Origin: an uncultured bacterium
Lineage (GTDB): Bacteria > Electryoneota > Electryoneia > Electryoneales > Electryoneaceae
DNA: 64,000 bases
Assembly (NCBI GenBank): GCA_964538455.1
Contig: CAZIDZ010000003.1
Location: forward strand, 46,843-110,842
Reading direction: 5' to 3'
The notes below the pieces were generated by a model. That model did not search any database, was not told where the DNA came from, and was given only the letters and a program-made list of their open reading frames with translations. Shown one piece after another: positions 17,701 to 27,821 of the stretch; positions within the stretch are counted from its first letter, which is position 1, and every line of letters starts with the position of its first letter. Made by a program: the position numbers and the translations under genes.

Positions 17701-20700
17701 ATGGGCAACACATCCGTCCGAAAAAAGACAACCAGGAAAATCCGGGCTGCAAACTACCTCGGCTCGCTTGAGGAACGTCTCTCAAAATCGGACTCGGCAC
17801 CGCCGAAGAAGGACGGGTCCGAGAAACTGAGCGCCGAACAGGCGTTCGAATCAATTTTCCGCGCCAATCCCGCCATGCAGCTGCTGATCGATCCTGTCTC
17901 CAGCAGGTATGTCGATGCCAACGACGCCGCCTGCGATTTCTACGGATACACCCACAAGAAATTCGTGACTCTGAAAATCAGCGATCTGAACACGCTGGAA
18001 GAGAGCAGCATCCAGCGCGAGCTCCGGATGGCGCTCAAGCGGGAGCAGCGTGTCTTCAACTTCAACCACCGGCTGGCCAACGGGGAAATCCGCGACATCG
18101 AAGTCTACACGCAGCCGATTACCCTGTTCGGACGGCAGCTGATCCTCTCGACAATCGTGGACATCAGCCAGAAGGCGAAGGCCTGGCGGGTGCAGGCACT
18201 GCTGCTCGAAATCTCCGAAGCCGCGAGCGTCACCGATGACCTCTACCACCTGATTTACATGATCCGCGACAGGCTCCACGGCTTTGTTGATACCACCAAT
18301 TTCTACGTTTCTCTCTATGATCCGAAGACCGACAGCTACTCGTTCCCGTTCATCGCCGATGAGCGATCCGGTGACAAAGCGCCGCCTGAGTTGAAGGGCG
18401 GGCTCACCGATTTCGTGCGAAAAACGGGGCGTTCGATACTGGTTACGAACGAACTTCTGGATCTCCTGATCGAGCGCGGAGACGTTGTGCAAAAAGGCGA
18501 GCGGTCACGCCTCTGGCTTGGCGTTCCCTTGCGAACGGGGCACGGGGTGATCGGCGTGGTCGCGATTCAGCATTACACTGATCCCAACGCATACAGCGAG
18601 GCGGATCTCGAGCTGCTCGAGTTTGTGTCGGGATCGATTGCGGTCACAATCGAGCGCAGGAAGGTGGAGGAGGCGCTGCGGGAGTCCGAAAAACGCTTCA
18701 GAACTTTCATTCAGCGCAGTCCGGACGGGTTGTACAGCATCGATCTTGACAAACCCGTGTCCGTTGATCTCCCCGCGGATAAGCAGGTCCGCCTGATTCG
18801 CAAGCACGCCTATTTCAGCGAGTGCAATGAGACTTTCTACCGCACGTACGGACTCTCTTCGGTCGCCGATATTGTCGGCAGGCGGCTCCACGAACTGCCG
18901 ACTGTGTACGACGATAAATCAACCGCCACCGTCGAGAGACTGGTGGAATCCGGCTACCGGGTCACGGGAGGAGAATCGTACGAGAGGCTGCCCGACGGAT
19001 CCGAGCGGATCTTTTTCAACCAATTCCTCGGGATCGTTCAGGACGGACAGTTGGTTCGCATCTGGGGCATTCAACGGGACGTCACCGAACGCAGAATCGC
19101 AGAGCAACAGCTTGAGATCCAGCGTGAACACCTCAGCCGATTCATTGAAAACTCCGCGGAAGGCATCATCTTTACCGGCGCCGACGATAAGATTATTTCG
19201 GTCAATCTCGAATTTGAGCGGATGTTCGGCTTTACCCAGAAAGAACTCGTCGGCAAGTCGACCGAGTGCATCGTCCCACACGGAAAGGACGAGGAATCGA
19301 GCCACCTGATCCAGGCGGCGCATCAGAACAAGCGGGTGAACATCGAGTCGGTGCGCCGGCGAAAAGACGGGCGGCTAATGCACGTTTCAGTCCTGGGCAC
19401 CCCGGTGCACATCGACGACGAGCTCTCGGGGATCTACTGGATCTACAGGGACATCTCGCAGCGGAAACGGGCGGAGATGGTCCAAAGCGCCCTGTTTCAT
19501 ATCGCCGAGGCGGCGAGCACTTCGAGCGACCTGCAGGAGCTGCTTCGCATCGTTCACGATCAACTCGGTCGTCTGATCGATACGAAAAACCTGTACATCG
19601 CACTTTATGATGAAGCGGAAGACGGTTACCGTTTCGAATACTTCGAAGACGAGCTTGACGCTTCCGTTGAGATCGGCAAGATCTATCATATGTCAGACAG
19701 TTTCACCGAATTCGTACGCATCCACGGTTCCAGCCTGTTCCGCACTGAGAAAGAGATTCTTACGCACCTCGAGAAGTACAACATCGAACCGGGAGGGCCG
19801 GTCAGCAAATCCTGGCTGGGTGTGCCGCTGCGGACGCCGACCGGGGTGATCGGCGTGTACGTCGTGCAAAGCTACACGAGCGAATACACGTACGACGAGA
19901 ACGATATGGACCTGCTCGAATTCGTTTCCGGGCATATCGCGAATGCTATCGAACACAAGCGCTCACAGGATCAATTGCTGCTCTCCGAAGCCCGTTACCG
20001 GACGCTGTTCAATCAGTCTCCCGTGGGCGTTCTGCTCTATGACACCAACATGATCGTCACCGATCTCAACCGCCGGCACGCGGAGATCATGGGAAGCACG
20101 CGGGAAGCGATGGTTGGGATCGATCTGACGACGCTTCGGCAGCGGAGCATTATTCCACTGATGCGCCGCGTACTCAAGGGAGAGACGACCTTCTACGAAG
20201 GCAACTATCAACCAACCGTTTCCGATCGCGAGTTGTGGCTCTCGATCAGTATGACACCACACATCGGCGTCGACGGAGAGATCATCGGCGGCATCGCGGT
20301 GATTATGGACCAGACCGAGCAGAAAAAGACCGAACGTATCGCTGAGATGAACCGCGCCTACCTCGAACAGCTGTTCGAAGGCACCCCCGAGGCGATCGTT
20401 CTTCTCGATCCGAGGTTTCGCGCGATCCGGACCAACGAGGAATTTGCAGCGCTGTTCGGCTACTCTTCCGACGAGGTTCTCGGCCGGTCCTTGAACGACC
20501 TGATCCTCACCGGCGACGACGAGGCGAAACGGCACCTGAACGCTCTCAAAGAGGTCGCCAAGGGGAAGACCGTGAACGTCGAGGAGACGGTCTGCCGGAG
20601 GCGGGACGGGACACGCGTGGACGTCTCGCTGCTCGGCACGCCGATCCAGATCGACGGCCAGGTGATCGCGCTCTACGGAATCTATCGCGATATCACGGCG

Positions 20701-22233
20701 CGGAGACAGGCCACCGAAGCGCTCGCGGCGGAGAAGGACCGCCTCGCCGTCACCCTGGCGTCCATCGGCGAGGGCGTGATTACCACGGATGTGGATGGCC
20801 GCGTAATGTTGATGAACGAAGCGGCGGAGCGGCTGACCGGTTGGAAAGCTTCGGAAGCCCGCGAACAGGACATGACCACCATCTTCCCCGTCTTCGAGCT
20901 GCAGTCGAACAGGAAACTTGGCTCCCCCGCAAAACGGGTTCTCGAGGGAAAGCAGGCGACCTGGTCACAGGAAACGCTGCTCGAGACGCGCGATCAGAAG
21001 CTGAAGAATATCATCGTCAGCGCCTCACAGATTCACGGACATGGGGGGCAGGTGATCGGTTCGGTGGTCGTTTTCCGCGACATCACCGAGCAGCGTGCCC
21101 TCGAAGAGGAATTGCAGAAGATCGAGCGGCTGGAGTCGGTTGGCGTGCTCGCGGGCGGGATCGCACATGATTTCAACAACATTCTTTCGGCCGTTCTCGG
21201 GAACATATCTCTGGCAAAAATGGCGGTGGACAATCCCGGCATTCAAACCGAGCGCATCCATGAGGCGGAGAAGGCCGCGCTCCGCGCCCGTGACCTGACC
21301 CAACAGCTTCTCACGTTCTCCCGCGGCGGCGACCCGATTCGGAAAAGTCAGTCGATCAGTGATCTGCTCCACGAAGCGGCGACATTCGCCCTCCGTGGAT
21401 CGAACGTCCGCGCCCGCATCGACATCCCGGACGATCTCTGGCCCGCGATTGTGGATGAAGGGCAGATCAGCCGTGTGATCAACAACCTGATCATCAACGC
21501 GGACCAGGCGATGCCCGAGGGCGGATCGGTAACCATCAAAGCCTCGAATTTCATGGTCGAAAAGGAAATGGCCCTGCCGATCAAACCGGGACGATACTTG
21601 CAGATCATCGTCAAGGACGAGGGGGTGGGCATCCCAGAGGAATTCGTCCAGCGCATCTTTGACCCCTTCTTCACCACCAAGCAGCGCGGCAGCGGGCTCG
21701 GGCTCGCCAGCTCGTTCTCGATCGTGCAGAAGCATGACGGACACATCACCGTCGAATCCAAGACCGGTGTGGGAACGACGTTTACCATCTACCTGCCGGC
21801 GGCGGAAGAGGTGGAGGTCCAGAAAACGGAACAGGAGGATCGCCCGTTTCAGGGGTCGGGCAGGATCCTCGTGATGGACGATGAGGAGCCGGTACGCAGG
21901 GTCGCCCGGGCGATGCTCGAGAAAATGGGCTTCGCGGTGGAGGAGGCGGAAAACGGGATCAAGGCGATCGAAGCCTATCAGAAAGCCAAAATGGTGGGCG
22001 AGACGTTTCGCGCGGTGATCATGGATTTGACGATTCCTGGCGGCATGGGAGGGAGCGAAGCCATTCAGCACTTGCGCAAGCTGGATCCGCAGGTCACGGC
22101 GATCGTCTCTTCCGGCTATTCGAACGACCCGGTGATGTCCAACTTTCAGCAGCACGGATTCAAGGGAGTGGTCGCAAAACCGTATAAGGTGGAGGAGTTG
22201 ACCAAGGTGATTCGTGATGTCCTGGGGGACTAG
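17701..22233 (+). CDS. soluble hybrid sensor histidine kinase (multi PAS/GAF - HisKA - HATPase - REC)
   Basis: 1510 aa with no evident TM helix. Two paralogous GAF blocks ('WLGVPLRT..GVIGV...LLEFVSG'), H-box 'GGIAHDFNNILSAV', N-box 'NNLIINADQAM', G-boxes 'DEGVGIP' and 'GSGLGLA', and receiver 'ILVMDDEE...VIMDLTIPGGMGG'. Confidence 0.92.
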   Translation: MGNTSVRKKTTRKIRAANYLGSLEERLSKSDSAPPKKDGSEKLSAEQAFESIFRANPAMQLLIDPVSSRYVDANDAACDFYGYTHKKFVTLKISDLNTLEESSIQRELRMALKREQRVFNFNHRLANGEIRDIEVYTQPITLFGRQLILSTIVDISQKAKAWRVQALLLEISEAASVTDDLYHLIYMIRDRLHGFVDTTNFYVSLYDPKTDSYSFPFIADERSGDKAPPELKGGLTDFVRKTGRSILVTNELLDLLIERGDVVQKGERSRLWLGVPLRTGHGVIGVVAIQHYTDPNAYSEADLELLEFVSGSIAVTIERRKVEEALRESEKRFRTFIQRSPDGLYSIDLDKPVSVDLPADKQVRLIRKHAYFSECNETFYRTYGLSSVADIVGRRLHELPTVYDDKSTATVERLVESGYRVTGGESYERLPDGSERIFFNQFLGIVQDGQLVRIWGIQRDVTERRIAEQQLEIQREHLSRFIENSAEGIIFTGADDKIISVNLEFERMFGFTQKELVGKSTECIVPHGKDEESSHLIQAAHQNKRVNIESVRRRKDGRLMHVSVLGTPVHIDDELSGIYWIYRDISQRKRAEMVQSALFHIAEAASTSSDLQELLRIVHDQLGRLIDTKNLYIALYDEAEDGYRFEYFEDELDASVEIGKIYHMSDSFTEFVRIHGSSLFRTEKEILTHLEKYNIEPGGPVSKSWLGVPLRTPTGVIGVYVVQSYTSEYTYDENDMDLLEFVSGHIANAIEHKRSQDQLLLSEARYRTLFNQSPVGVLLYDTNMIVTDLNRRHAEIMGSTREAMVGIDLTTLRQRSIIPLMRRVLKGETTFYEGNYQPTVSDRELWLSISMTPHIGVDGEIIGGIAVIMDQTEQKKTERIAEMNRAYLEQLFEGTPEAIVLLDPRFRAIRTNEEFAALFGYSSDEVLGRSLNDLILTGDDEAKRHLNALKEVAKGKTVNVEETVCRRRDGTRVDVSLLGTPIQIDGQVIALYGIYRDITARRQATEALAAEKDRLAVTLASIGEGVITTDVDGRVMLMNEAAERLTGWKASEAREQDMTTIFPVFELQSNRKLGSPAKRVLEGKQATWSQETLLETRDQKLKNIIVSASQIHGHGGQVIGSVVVFRDITEQRALEEELQKIERLESVGVLAGGIAHDFNNILSAVLGNISLAKMAVDNPGIQTERIHEAEKAALRARDLTQQLLTFSRGGDPIRKSQSISDLLHEAATFALRGSNVRARIDIPDDLWPAIVDEGQISRVINNLIINADQAMPEGGSVTIKASNFMVEKEMALPIKPGRYLQIIVKDEGVGIPEEFVQRIFDPFFTTKQRGSGLGLASSFSIVQKHDGHITVESKTGVGTTFTIYLPAAEEVEVQKTEQEDRPFQGSGRILVMDDEEPVRRVARAMLEKMGFAVEEAENGIKAIEAYQKAKMVGETFRAVIMDLTIPGGMGGSEAIQHLRKLDPQVTAIVSSGYSNDPVMSNFQQHGFKGVVAKPYKVEELTKVIRDVLGD

Positions 22234-22335
22234 ACTCGTGCGGAGCCGGGGCCGTTGGTCCGGCCAACACGGTCGTGCTTACCTTCTCTCGCGAAAATCA
22301 CGCGATCCCTGGGATGATTTGGGGGCAGAGGAGTC

Positions 22336-22755
22336 ATGACGGAAACGAGGGAGCAGAAGATTCGCATCCTGCTCGCGAAACCGGGACTCGACGGGCACGA
22401 CCGCGGGGCCAAGGTGATGGCGGCGGCGTTTCGCGATGCAGGATTTGAAGTGATTTATACCGGGTTGCGGCAGACCCCGGAGATGATCGTGGAGGCGGCG
22501 CTCCAGGAGGATGTGGATGTGATCGCGCTCTCGATTCTCTCCGGTGCCCACATGACGCAATTCCCGCGGGTGCTCGAATTAATGAAGGAAAACAAGCTGG
22601 ACGACGTGCTACTGACCGGCGGCGGCATCATCCCGGACGAAGATATCGAGTCGCTGAAAAAAATGGGCACCGGCAGGCTGTTCGGTCCCGGAACGTCCAC
22701 CCAGGACGCGATCGAGTATATCCGAAACTGGACAAAGGAGCATCGCCGCGGTTGA
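22336..22755 (+). CDS. acyl-CoA mutase small subunit (cobalamin-binding domain)
   Basis: '[17 protein letters not shown]' (the DxHxxG B12 motif), 'SILSGAH' and 'GGGIIP'. 139 aa. Confidence 0.9.
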   Translation: MTETREQKIRILLAKPGLDGHDRGAKVMAAAFRDAGFEVIYTGLRQTPEMIVEAALQEDVDVIALSILSGAHMTQFPRVLELMKENKLDDVLLTGGGIIPDEDIESLKKMGTGRLFGPGTSTQDAIEYIRNWTKEHRRG

Positions 22756-22802
22756 ACGCGGAGGACGGCTCAGCCAACAACCTTGGGGAGTGAGGCGAAA
22801 CG

Positions 22803-23549
22803 ATGTCCGGCCATTCAAAATGGGCGACGATCAAGCGCAAGAAGGGCGCTGCGGATGCCGCACGGGGGCGAGTTTTTACCCGGTTGATCCGTGAAATCAC
22901 CATCGCCGCACGCGAAGGCGGCGGTGATTTGGAGGGAAATCCCCGCCTCAGGCTGGCGATTCAGAAGGCGAAAGCCCAGAACATGCCCCAGGAAAACATC
23001 ACCAGGGGCATCAAGCGGGGAACCGGCGAACTCGAAGGCCAATCCTTTGAGGAGGTGACCTACGAGGGGTATGGGCCGGGCGGCTGCGCGATCATGGTGG
23101 ACGTCATTACCGACAATCGAAACCGCACCGTCTCGGAAATCCGCCATGTGTTCGGCAAGTATGGCGGCAATCTCGCCGAAGCCAACGCCGTCGCGTATAT
23201 GTTCGAGCGAAAAGCTGTTGTTGAACTTAACCCCGGCGGGAAGAGCGAGGACGACATCATGCTCGCGGCGCTCGAGGCGGACGCCTCGGACGTCGTGCAG
23301 GAGGAGGACGGCAGTTACACCGTCACGGGCGAACCCAACGACCTTGAAACGATCACCGCCGCGCTCGAAAAACTCGGGGTTGAAATCACATCGGCCGAAT
23401 CGACCCTCGTTCCCAGCAGCCTGATCAACGTCGAGGAAAAACACGCCCGCAGCCTGATCAAGCTGATGGACGCCCTCGACGAGCATGATGATGTGCAGAG
23501 GGTGTATTCGAACTTCGATATCGATCCCAGCCTGCTCGAGGAAGAATGA
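22803..23549 (+). CDS. YebC/PmpR family DNA-binding regulator
   Basis: 'MSGHSKWATIKRKKGAADAARG', 'YEGYGPGG', 'DNRNRT'. Confidence 0.95.
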   Translation: MSGHSKWATIKRKKGAADAARGRVFTRLIREITIAAREGGGDLEGNPRLRLAIQKAKAQNMPQENITRGIKRGTGELEGQSFEEVTYEGYGPGGCAIMVDVITDNRNRTVSEIRHVFGKYGGNLAEANAVAYMFERKAVVELNPGGKSEDDIMLAALEADASDVVQEEDGSYTVTGEPNDLETITAALEKLGVEITSAESTLVPSSLINVEEKHARSLIKLMDALDEHDDVQRVYSNFDIDPSLLEEE

Positions 23550-23643
23550 CCCTCCAGGGCCGCCGTTGCAGTCCTGTCTCCGTTCCAGCGAGGCTTTCCG
23601 GAAAGACAATTTCCGCAGGGTGAAGCTACAGGTGAGAGTTGTC

Positions 23644-24441
23644 ATGGCCGCCAAAGGGATGCAACGGTTGCATGGGGACGCGGAAGCGTATTGGCGCTAC
23701 CAGTACAGGTATGGGAGCGAAGTGCTGCTTCCGCTGCTCGCCTCATGGGGCTGGAACGTCTCCGGAACCCGCGTCCTGGAAGTCGGATGCAGCGAAGCGG
23801 GGATCCTTGGGGCCTTCGCTGAGAAAGGTGCGACTGTCACCGGTGCCGAGATCTCCGAATCGAGAATCAAATCGGCCAGATCATTCCAGCGGACTCCTTT
23901 TCCCGTTCTCAGCGCGGATATCTGCGATCCGTCGGCCGTGCAGACACTCGGCGGGGGCTACGATCTGATTCTTTTGCGTGACGTCATCGAGCATCTGTTC
24001 GACCGGGAGACCGCCTTCGATCACTTGAAACAGTTGCTCGCGCCCGGTGGGCGGATCGTGGTGACCTTCCCGCCCTGGTACATGCCCTTCGGCGGGCATC
24101 AACAGGCGCTGCCCGGACCACTGAGGAAGGTTCCCTGGCTGCACCTGCTCCCGATGAGCCTTTACGTGCGCCTGCTCCACGGGCAGGTGAACGGGCAGGA
24201 CTGGTTGGTGCGGGAGATGGTGAACACACGCCGCACCGGCCTGACCATCGCCGCGTTTCACAGGCTCCTGAACCGGAAAAGGCTGCAGATCGAGCGGGAG
24301 ACACGGTGGTTGATCAATCCCGCGTATACCATCAAATACGGCCTGGCTGCGCGTCCCGCCGGGTGGTTGGGGAAGGTTCCGCTGCTGCGCGAGGTGGCCG
24401 TCACGAGTGTCTATGCGATGCTCAAGCCGGTGGGGAAGTGA
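23644..24441 (+). CDS. class I SAM-dependent methyltransferase
   Basis: Motif I 'VLEVGCSEAGILG' and 'DLILLRDVIEHL'. Start set at ATG 23644; the upstream part of the ORF overlaps the yebC end. Confidence 0.75.
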   Translation: MAAKGMQRLHGDAEAYWRYQYRYGSEVLLPLLASWGWNVSGTRVLEVGCSEAGILGAFAEKGATVTGAEISESRIKSARSFQRTPFPVLSADICDPSAVQTLGGGYDLILLRDVIEHLFDRETAFDHLKQLLAPGGRIVVTFPPWYMPFGGHQQALPGPLRKVPWLHLLPMSLYVRLLHGQVNGQDWLVREMVNTRRTGLTIAAFHRLLNRKRLQIERETRWLINPAYTIKYGLAARPAGWLGKVPLLREVAVTSVYAMLKPVGK

Positions 24442-24472
24442 TACACACGCAGTCAATCCATGCGAGGAAAAC

Positions 24473-24823
24473 ATGTCCGAGATGCTCGATCGATTCCACG
24501 CGGAGCGCGAACGGCTCAACAAAATCGTGATGGCCTACGCGGGCCGCGATCTGAAACGGCTCTACCACATCGACGACGCTGTGTACAAGGATGGGGCCCT
24601 GCCCGCGAAAACAAAAGAACTGCTCGGCTACGTCGCCTCGCTGGTGCTGCGATGCGATGACTGCATCACCTACCACCTCGCCCGGCTCCATCAACTCGGA
24701 ACGACGAGCGAGGAATTCGAGGAAGCTACCACTATCGGATACGTCGTCGGCGGCTCGATCACGGTTCCCCACCTGCGCCGCGCGTTTGACCACTGGGATC
24801 AGTTGCAGCACGATCGTTCATGA
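24473..24823 (+). CDS. carboxymuconolactone decarboxylase / AhpD-like family protein
   Basis: 'LVLRCDDCITYHL' (CxxC plus His, typical of the AhpD core). 116 aa. Confidence 0.85.
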   Translation: MSEMLDRFHAERERLNKIVMAYAGRDLKRLYHIDDAVYKDGALPAKTKELLGYVASLVLRCDDCITYHLARLHQLGTTSEEFEEATTIGYVVGGSITVPHLRRAFDHWDQLQHDRS

Positions 24824-24968
24824 CTCTCGAACGAGAATACGGGTCTTGACCTGCCGCTCCCGGACCGCTAGGTTGCTGATGCAGGTATTTGAAAACAAGT
24901 GAGATCAATATCGTTTGCGGGGCGAAACTGTCCGCAGGACAGAACGCTCTGATTTTTTTAACGTTATA

Positions 24969-24986
24969 CTCTACATTTTTGTAGAG
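24969..24986. promoter_or_regulatory. inverted repeat CTCTAC-N6-GTAGAG in the AT-rich stretch upstream of the Rrf2/suf operon (candidate operator)
   Basis: Lies 22 bp upstream of the Rrf2 ATG, within the only AT-rich stretch of that intergenic region (TTTTTTTAACGTTATACTCTACATTTTTGTAGAG). Confidence 0.4.
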
Positions 24987-25007
24987 ATTCAGTCCAGAGG
25001 TCCCTGG

Positions 25008-25526
25008 ATGAAGATCACAGCGCTTGAAGAGTACGGGCTCCGCTGCATGGTCCGGCTGGCGAAAGCCGGGTCCGGGCAGGCTCTCTCCCTCGCGGAAATC
25101 GGCGAGGTCGAGGGGCTTTCGATCCCGTACACGGGCAAGCTGCTGGCGATTCTCCGCGAGGCGGGCCTTGTCAGCGCGGAGCGGGGCCGTTACGGCGGCT
25201 ACTCGCTGGCGTTGCCGGCATCCCAGATCCGCCTCAAGAGAATTTTCGATGCACTCGGAGAACCCATTTTCGGCTCCGGCCATTGCGAGCGCTACCGCAC
25301 CTCCGAGCGAGAGGAAGGCGGGTGCCTTCACGAGCACGACTGTTCCGTGCGGGACGTCTGGTCGTCCTTTCACAAAATGATCGGGGATTTCCTGCAGGGC
25401 GTGACTCTGGAAGACCTGGCCCGGCGCAAACCGGGCGGAAGGCTTGACCTGTTTGAGTTGGCGGGCTCACGCAGCGGGGGGAATGAATCCCAGGCGGTGA
25501 ACGTTGCGAACGGCGCAACCGCGTGA
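25008..25526 (+). CDS. Rrf2 family transcriptional regulator (Fe-S type; likely suf regulator)
   Basis: Winged-HTH start 'MKITALEEYGLRCMVRLA' and 'IPYTGKLLAILREAGLV'. Three clustered Cys in 'GHCERY...GGCLHEHDCSV'. Lies directly upstream of sufC. Confidence 0.9.
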   Translation: MKITALEEYGLRCMVRLAKAGSGQALSLAEIGEVEGLSIPYTGKLLAILREAGLVSAERGRYGGYSLALPASQIRLKRIFDALGEPIFGSGHCERYRTSEREEGGCLHEHDCSVRDVWSSFHKMIGDFLQGVTLEDLARRKPGGRLDLFELAGSRSGGNESQAVNVANGATA

Positions 25527-25576
25527 CACGTGGGATGACACGAAACAACGAACACCTTACGCATACGAGGTTCAAA

Positions 25577-26338
25577 GTGGCAAAAAACGACGTTCTGCTG
25601 TCGATTCATGATCTTCACGTCACCGTCGAGGGCGTGGAGGTTGTCAACGGCGTCTCCCTGGAGTTGCGGGCAGGGGAAAAGCATGCGCTGATGGGGCCGA
25701 ACGGCTCCGGGAAAAGCAGCATGGCCAACGCCCTCGCCGGGCATCCCGCCTACCAGATCACAAAGGGAACGGTGGAAATCAAGGGCAGGAACCTGCTCGA
25801 CCTGGACGCCTCCGAGCGCAGTCGTGCGGGCCTGTTCCTCGCGTTTCAGTATCCGATGTCGGTGCCCGGAGTGACGGTTACCAACTTCCTTCGCAGCGCG
25901 ATCAAAGCGCACCGCGGGGACGGGGATGACGTGCTGCGCTCCTTCCGAAAGGACTTGAAGGGCGCCTTCGAACTGCTGGAAATGGACGAGAAATTCGCCC
26001 TCCGCTACGTGAACGACGGATTCTCAGGCGGCGAAAAGAAACGGTTCGAGATTCTTCAGATGGCGTTGCTGAATCCAAGGATCATGATTCTTGACGAAAC
26101 CGACAGCGGGCTCGACATCGACGCGCTCAAGGTGGTCAGCCAGGGGGTTAACAAGGTCGCCACCGAGGATAACACGATTCTGCTGGTCACCCACTATCAG
26201 CGGATCCTCAACTACGTGCATCCGGACCGCGTTCACGTGATGATGAACGGAAACATCGTCCGCAGCGGCGGAGCCGATCTCGCAAAAGAACTGGAAGCGA
26301 AGGGATACGACTGGTTGAAGACCGAGCAGGTCGCCTGA
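25577..26338 (+). CDS. sufC: Fe-S cluster assembly ATPase SufC
   Basis: Walker A 'GPNGSGKSS', signature 'FSGGEKKR' and Walker B '[11 protein letters not shown]'. Start is uncertain: I favour GTG 25577 (GAGG 6 nt upstream). GTG 25523 (GTGA overlap with the Rrf2 stop) or ATG 25535 are possible. Confidence 0.9.
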   Translation: MAKNDVLLSIHDLHVTVEGVEVVNGVSLELRAGEKHALMGPNGSGKSSMANALAGHPAYQITKGTVEIKGRNLLDLDASERSRAGLFLAFQYPMSVPGVTVTNFLRSAIKAHRGDGDDVLRSFRKDLKGAFELLEMDEKFALRYVNDGFSGGEKKRFEILQMALLNPRIMILDETDSGLDIDALKVVSQGVNKVATEDNTILLVTHYQRILNYVHPDRVHVMMNGNIVRSGGADLAKELEAKGYDWLKTEQVA

Positions 26339-26378
26339 TGCCGGTTCCCTTTCAAGGATGCAACCAAGGAGGGTTGTG

Positions 26379-27809
26379 ATGAGCGACGCTCTTGTTAATA
26401 AACCTGATCTCGCCGGCATCGGCGATGACTACGCGCAGAAGTACGGCTTCCGCGATGCGGAGGAGTACTTCCACAAGGGTGCGAAGGGGCTGTCCCACGA
26501 AGTTGTGGAGATGATGTCCCGGATGAAGAAAGAGCCCGAGTGGATGCGCAGCTTCCGCCACAACGCGCTCGATGTCTTCTACGCAAAGGACATGCCGCGC
26601 TGGGGGGATACGGAGCTGCTCTCCAAGATCGACTTTGACGACATCTACTACTACATCAAGCCGATCGAAGAGCAGGGGAAGAGCTGGGACGAGATCCCGG
26701 AATACATCAAGAAAACCTTCGACCGGCTCGGCGTTCCCGAAGCGGAGCGGAAATTCCTCTCCGGCATCTCGGCGCAGTATGAATCCGAGGTCGTGTACCA
26801 CAGCATGAAGCAGGATCTCGCTGATCAGGGGGTTCTCTTCTCCGACCTGGACACCGGCGTCCGCGAGCACCCGGAGATCGTGCAGAAGTACATCAGCACG
26901 ATCATCCCGGTGATGGACAACAAGTTCGCTGCGCTCAACAGCGCCGTCTGGTCCGGCGGGTCCTTTATCTACGTGCCGCCCGGTGTGGAGGTGAAGGTGC
27001 CGCTCCAGGCCTATTTCCGGATCAATGCCGAGAACATGGGCCAGTTTGAGCGGACCCTGATTATCGCGGACAAAGGCAGCCGCGTGCATTACATCGAGGG
27101 CTGCACCGCGCCGGTGTATTCGACCAACAGCCTCCACTGCGCGGTGGTCGAATTGATTGCCCTCGAAGACGCCTACATCCGCTATTCGACGATCCAGAAC
27201 TGGTCGCACAACATCTACAACCTCGTCACCAAGCGCGGCATGGCGCACAAGAACGCCACCATCGAGTGGGTGGACGGCAACATCGGTAGCAGGCTGACGA
27301 TGAAATACCCGGCGGTGTACCTCGTTGGCGAGGGCGCGAAGGGCGAGATCCTCACTGTCGCTTTCGCGGGCAAGGATCAACACCAGGACAGCGGTGCGAA
27401 GGTGATTCACGCAGCGCCGCGCACCACCAGCCGGATCACCTCCAAGTCGATCAGCAAGGACGGCGGGCGCTCGAGCTATCGCGGAATGGTAAAGGTTTAT
27501 CCGAACGCCGACAATTGCCGCGTGAACGTCGAGTGCGATGCCCTGTTGCTCGACAGCACGTCCCGCACGGATACCTACCCAACCATGGAGATCGACAACG
27601 ACCACGTTGCCATCGAGCACGAGGCTTCGGTTTCCAAGGTGGCTGAGGAGCAGGTTTTCTACCTGATGAGCCGTGGCTTGAGTGAAGACGAAGCGCGCTT
27701 GTTGATCGTCAACGGCTTCATCAATCCCTTCGTCAAGGAACTCCCGATGGAGTACGCTATTGAGTTGAATCGCCTGATCGAGCTCGAGATGGAAGGCTCG
27801 GTGGGCTGA
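26379..27809 (+). CDS. sufB: Fe-S cluster assembly protein SufB
   Basis: AAGGAGGG Shine-Dalgarno 5 nt before the ATG. '[11 protein letters not shown]', 'GCTAPVY' and 'FYLMSRGL'. Confidence 0.95.
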   Translation: MSDALVNKPDLAGIGDDYAQKYGFRDAEEYFHKGAKGLSHEVVEMMSRMKKEPEWMRSFRHNALDVFYAKDMPRWGDTELLSKIDFDDIYYYIKPIEEQGKSWDEIPEYIKKTFDRLGVPEAERKFLSGISAQYESEVVYHSMKQDLADQGVLFSDLDTGVREHPEIVQKYISTIIPVMDNKFAALNSAVWSGGSFIYVPPGVEVKVPLQAYFRINAENMGQFERTLIIADKGSRVHYIEGCTAPVYSTNSLHCAVVELIALEDAYIRYSTIQNWSHNIYNLVTKRGMAHKNATIEWVDGNIGSRLTMKYPAVYLVGEGAKGEILTVAFAGKDQHQDSGAKVIHAAPRTTSRITSKSISKDGGRSSYRGMVKVYPNADNCRVNVECDALLLDSTSRTDTYPTMEIDNDHVAIEHEASVSKVAEEQVFYLMSRGLSEDEARLLIVNGFINPFVKELPMEYAIELNRLIELEMEGSVG

Positions 27810-27821
27810 GATACGGAACGG

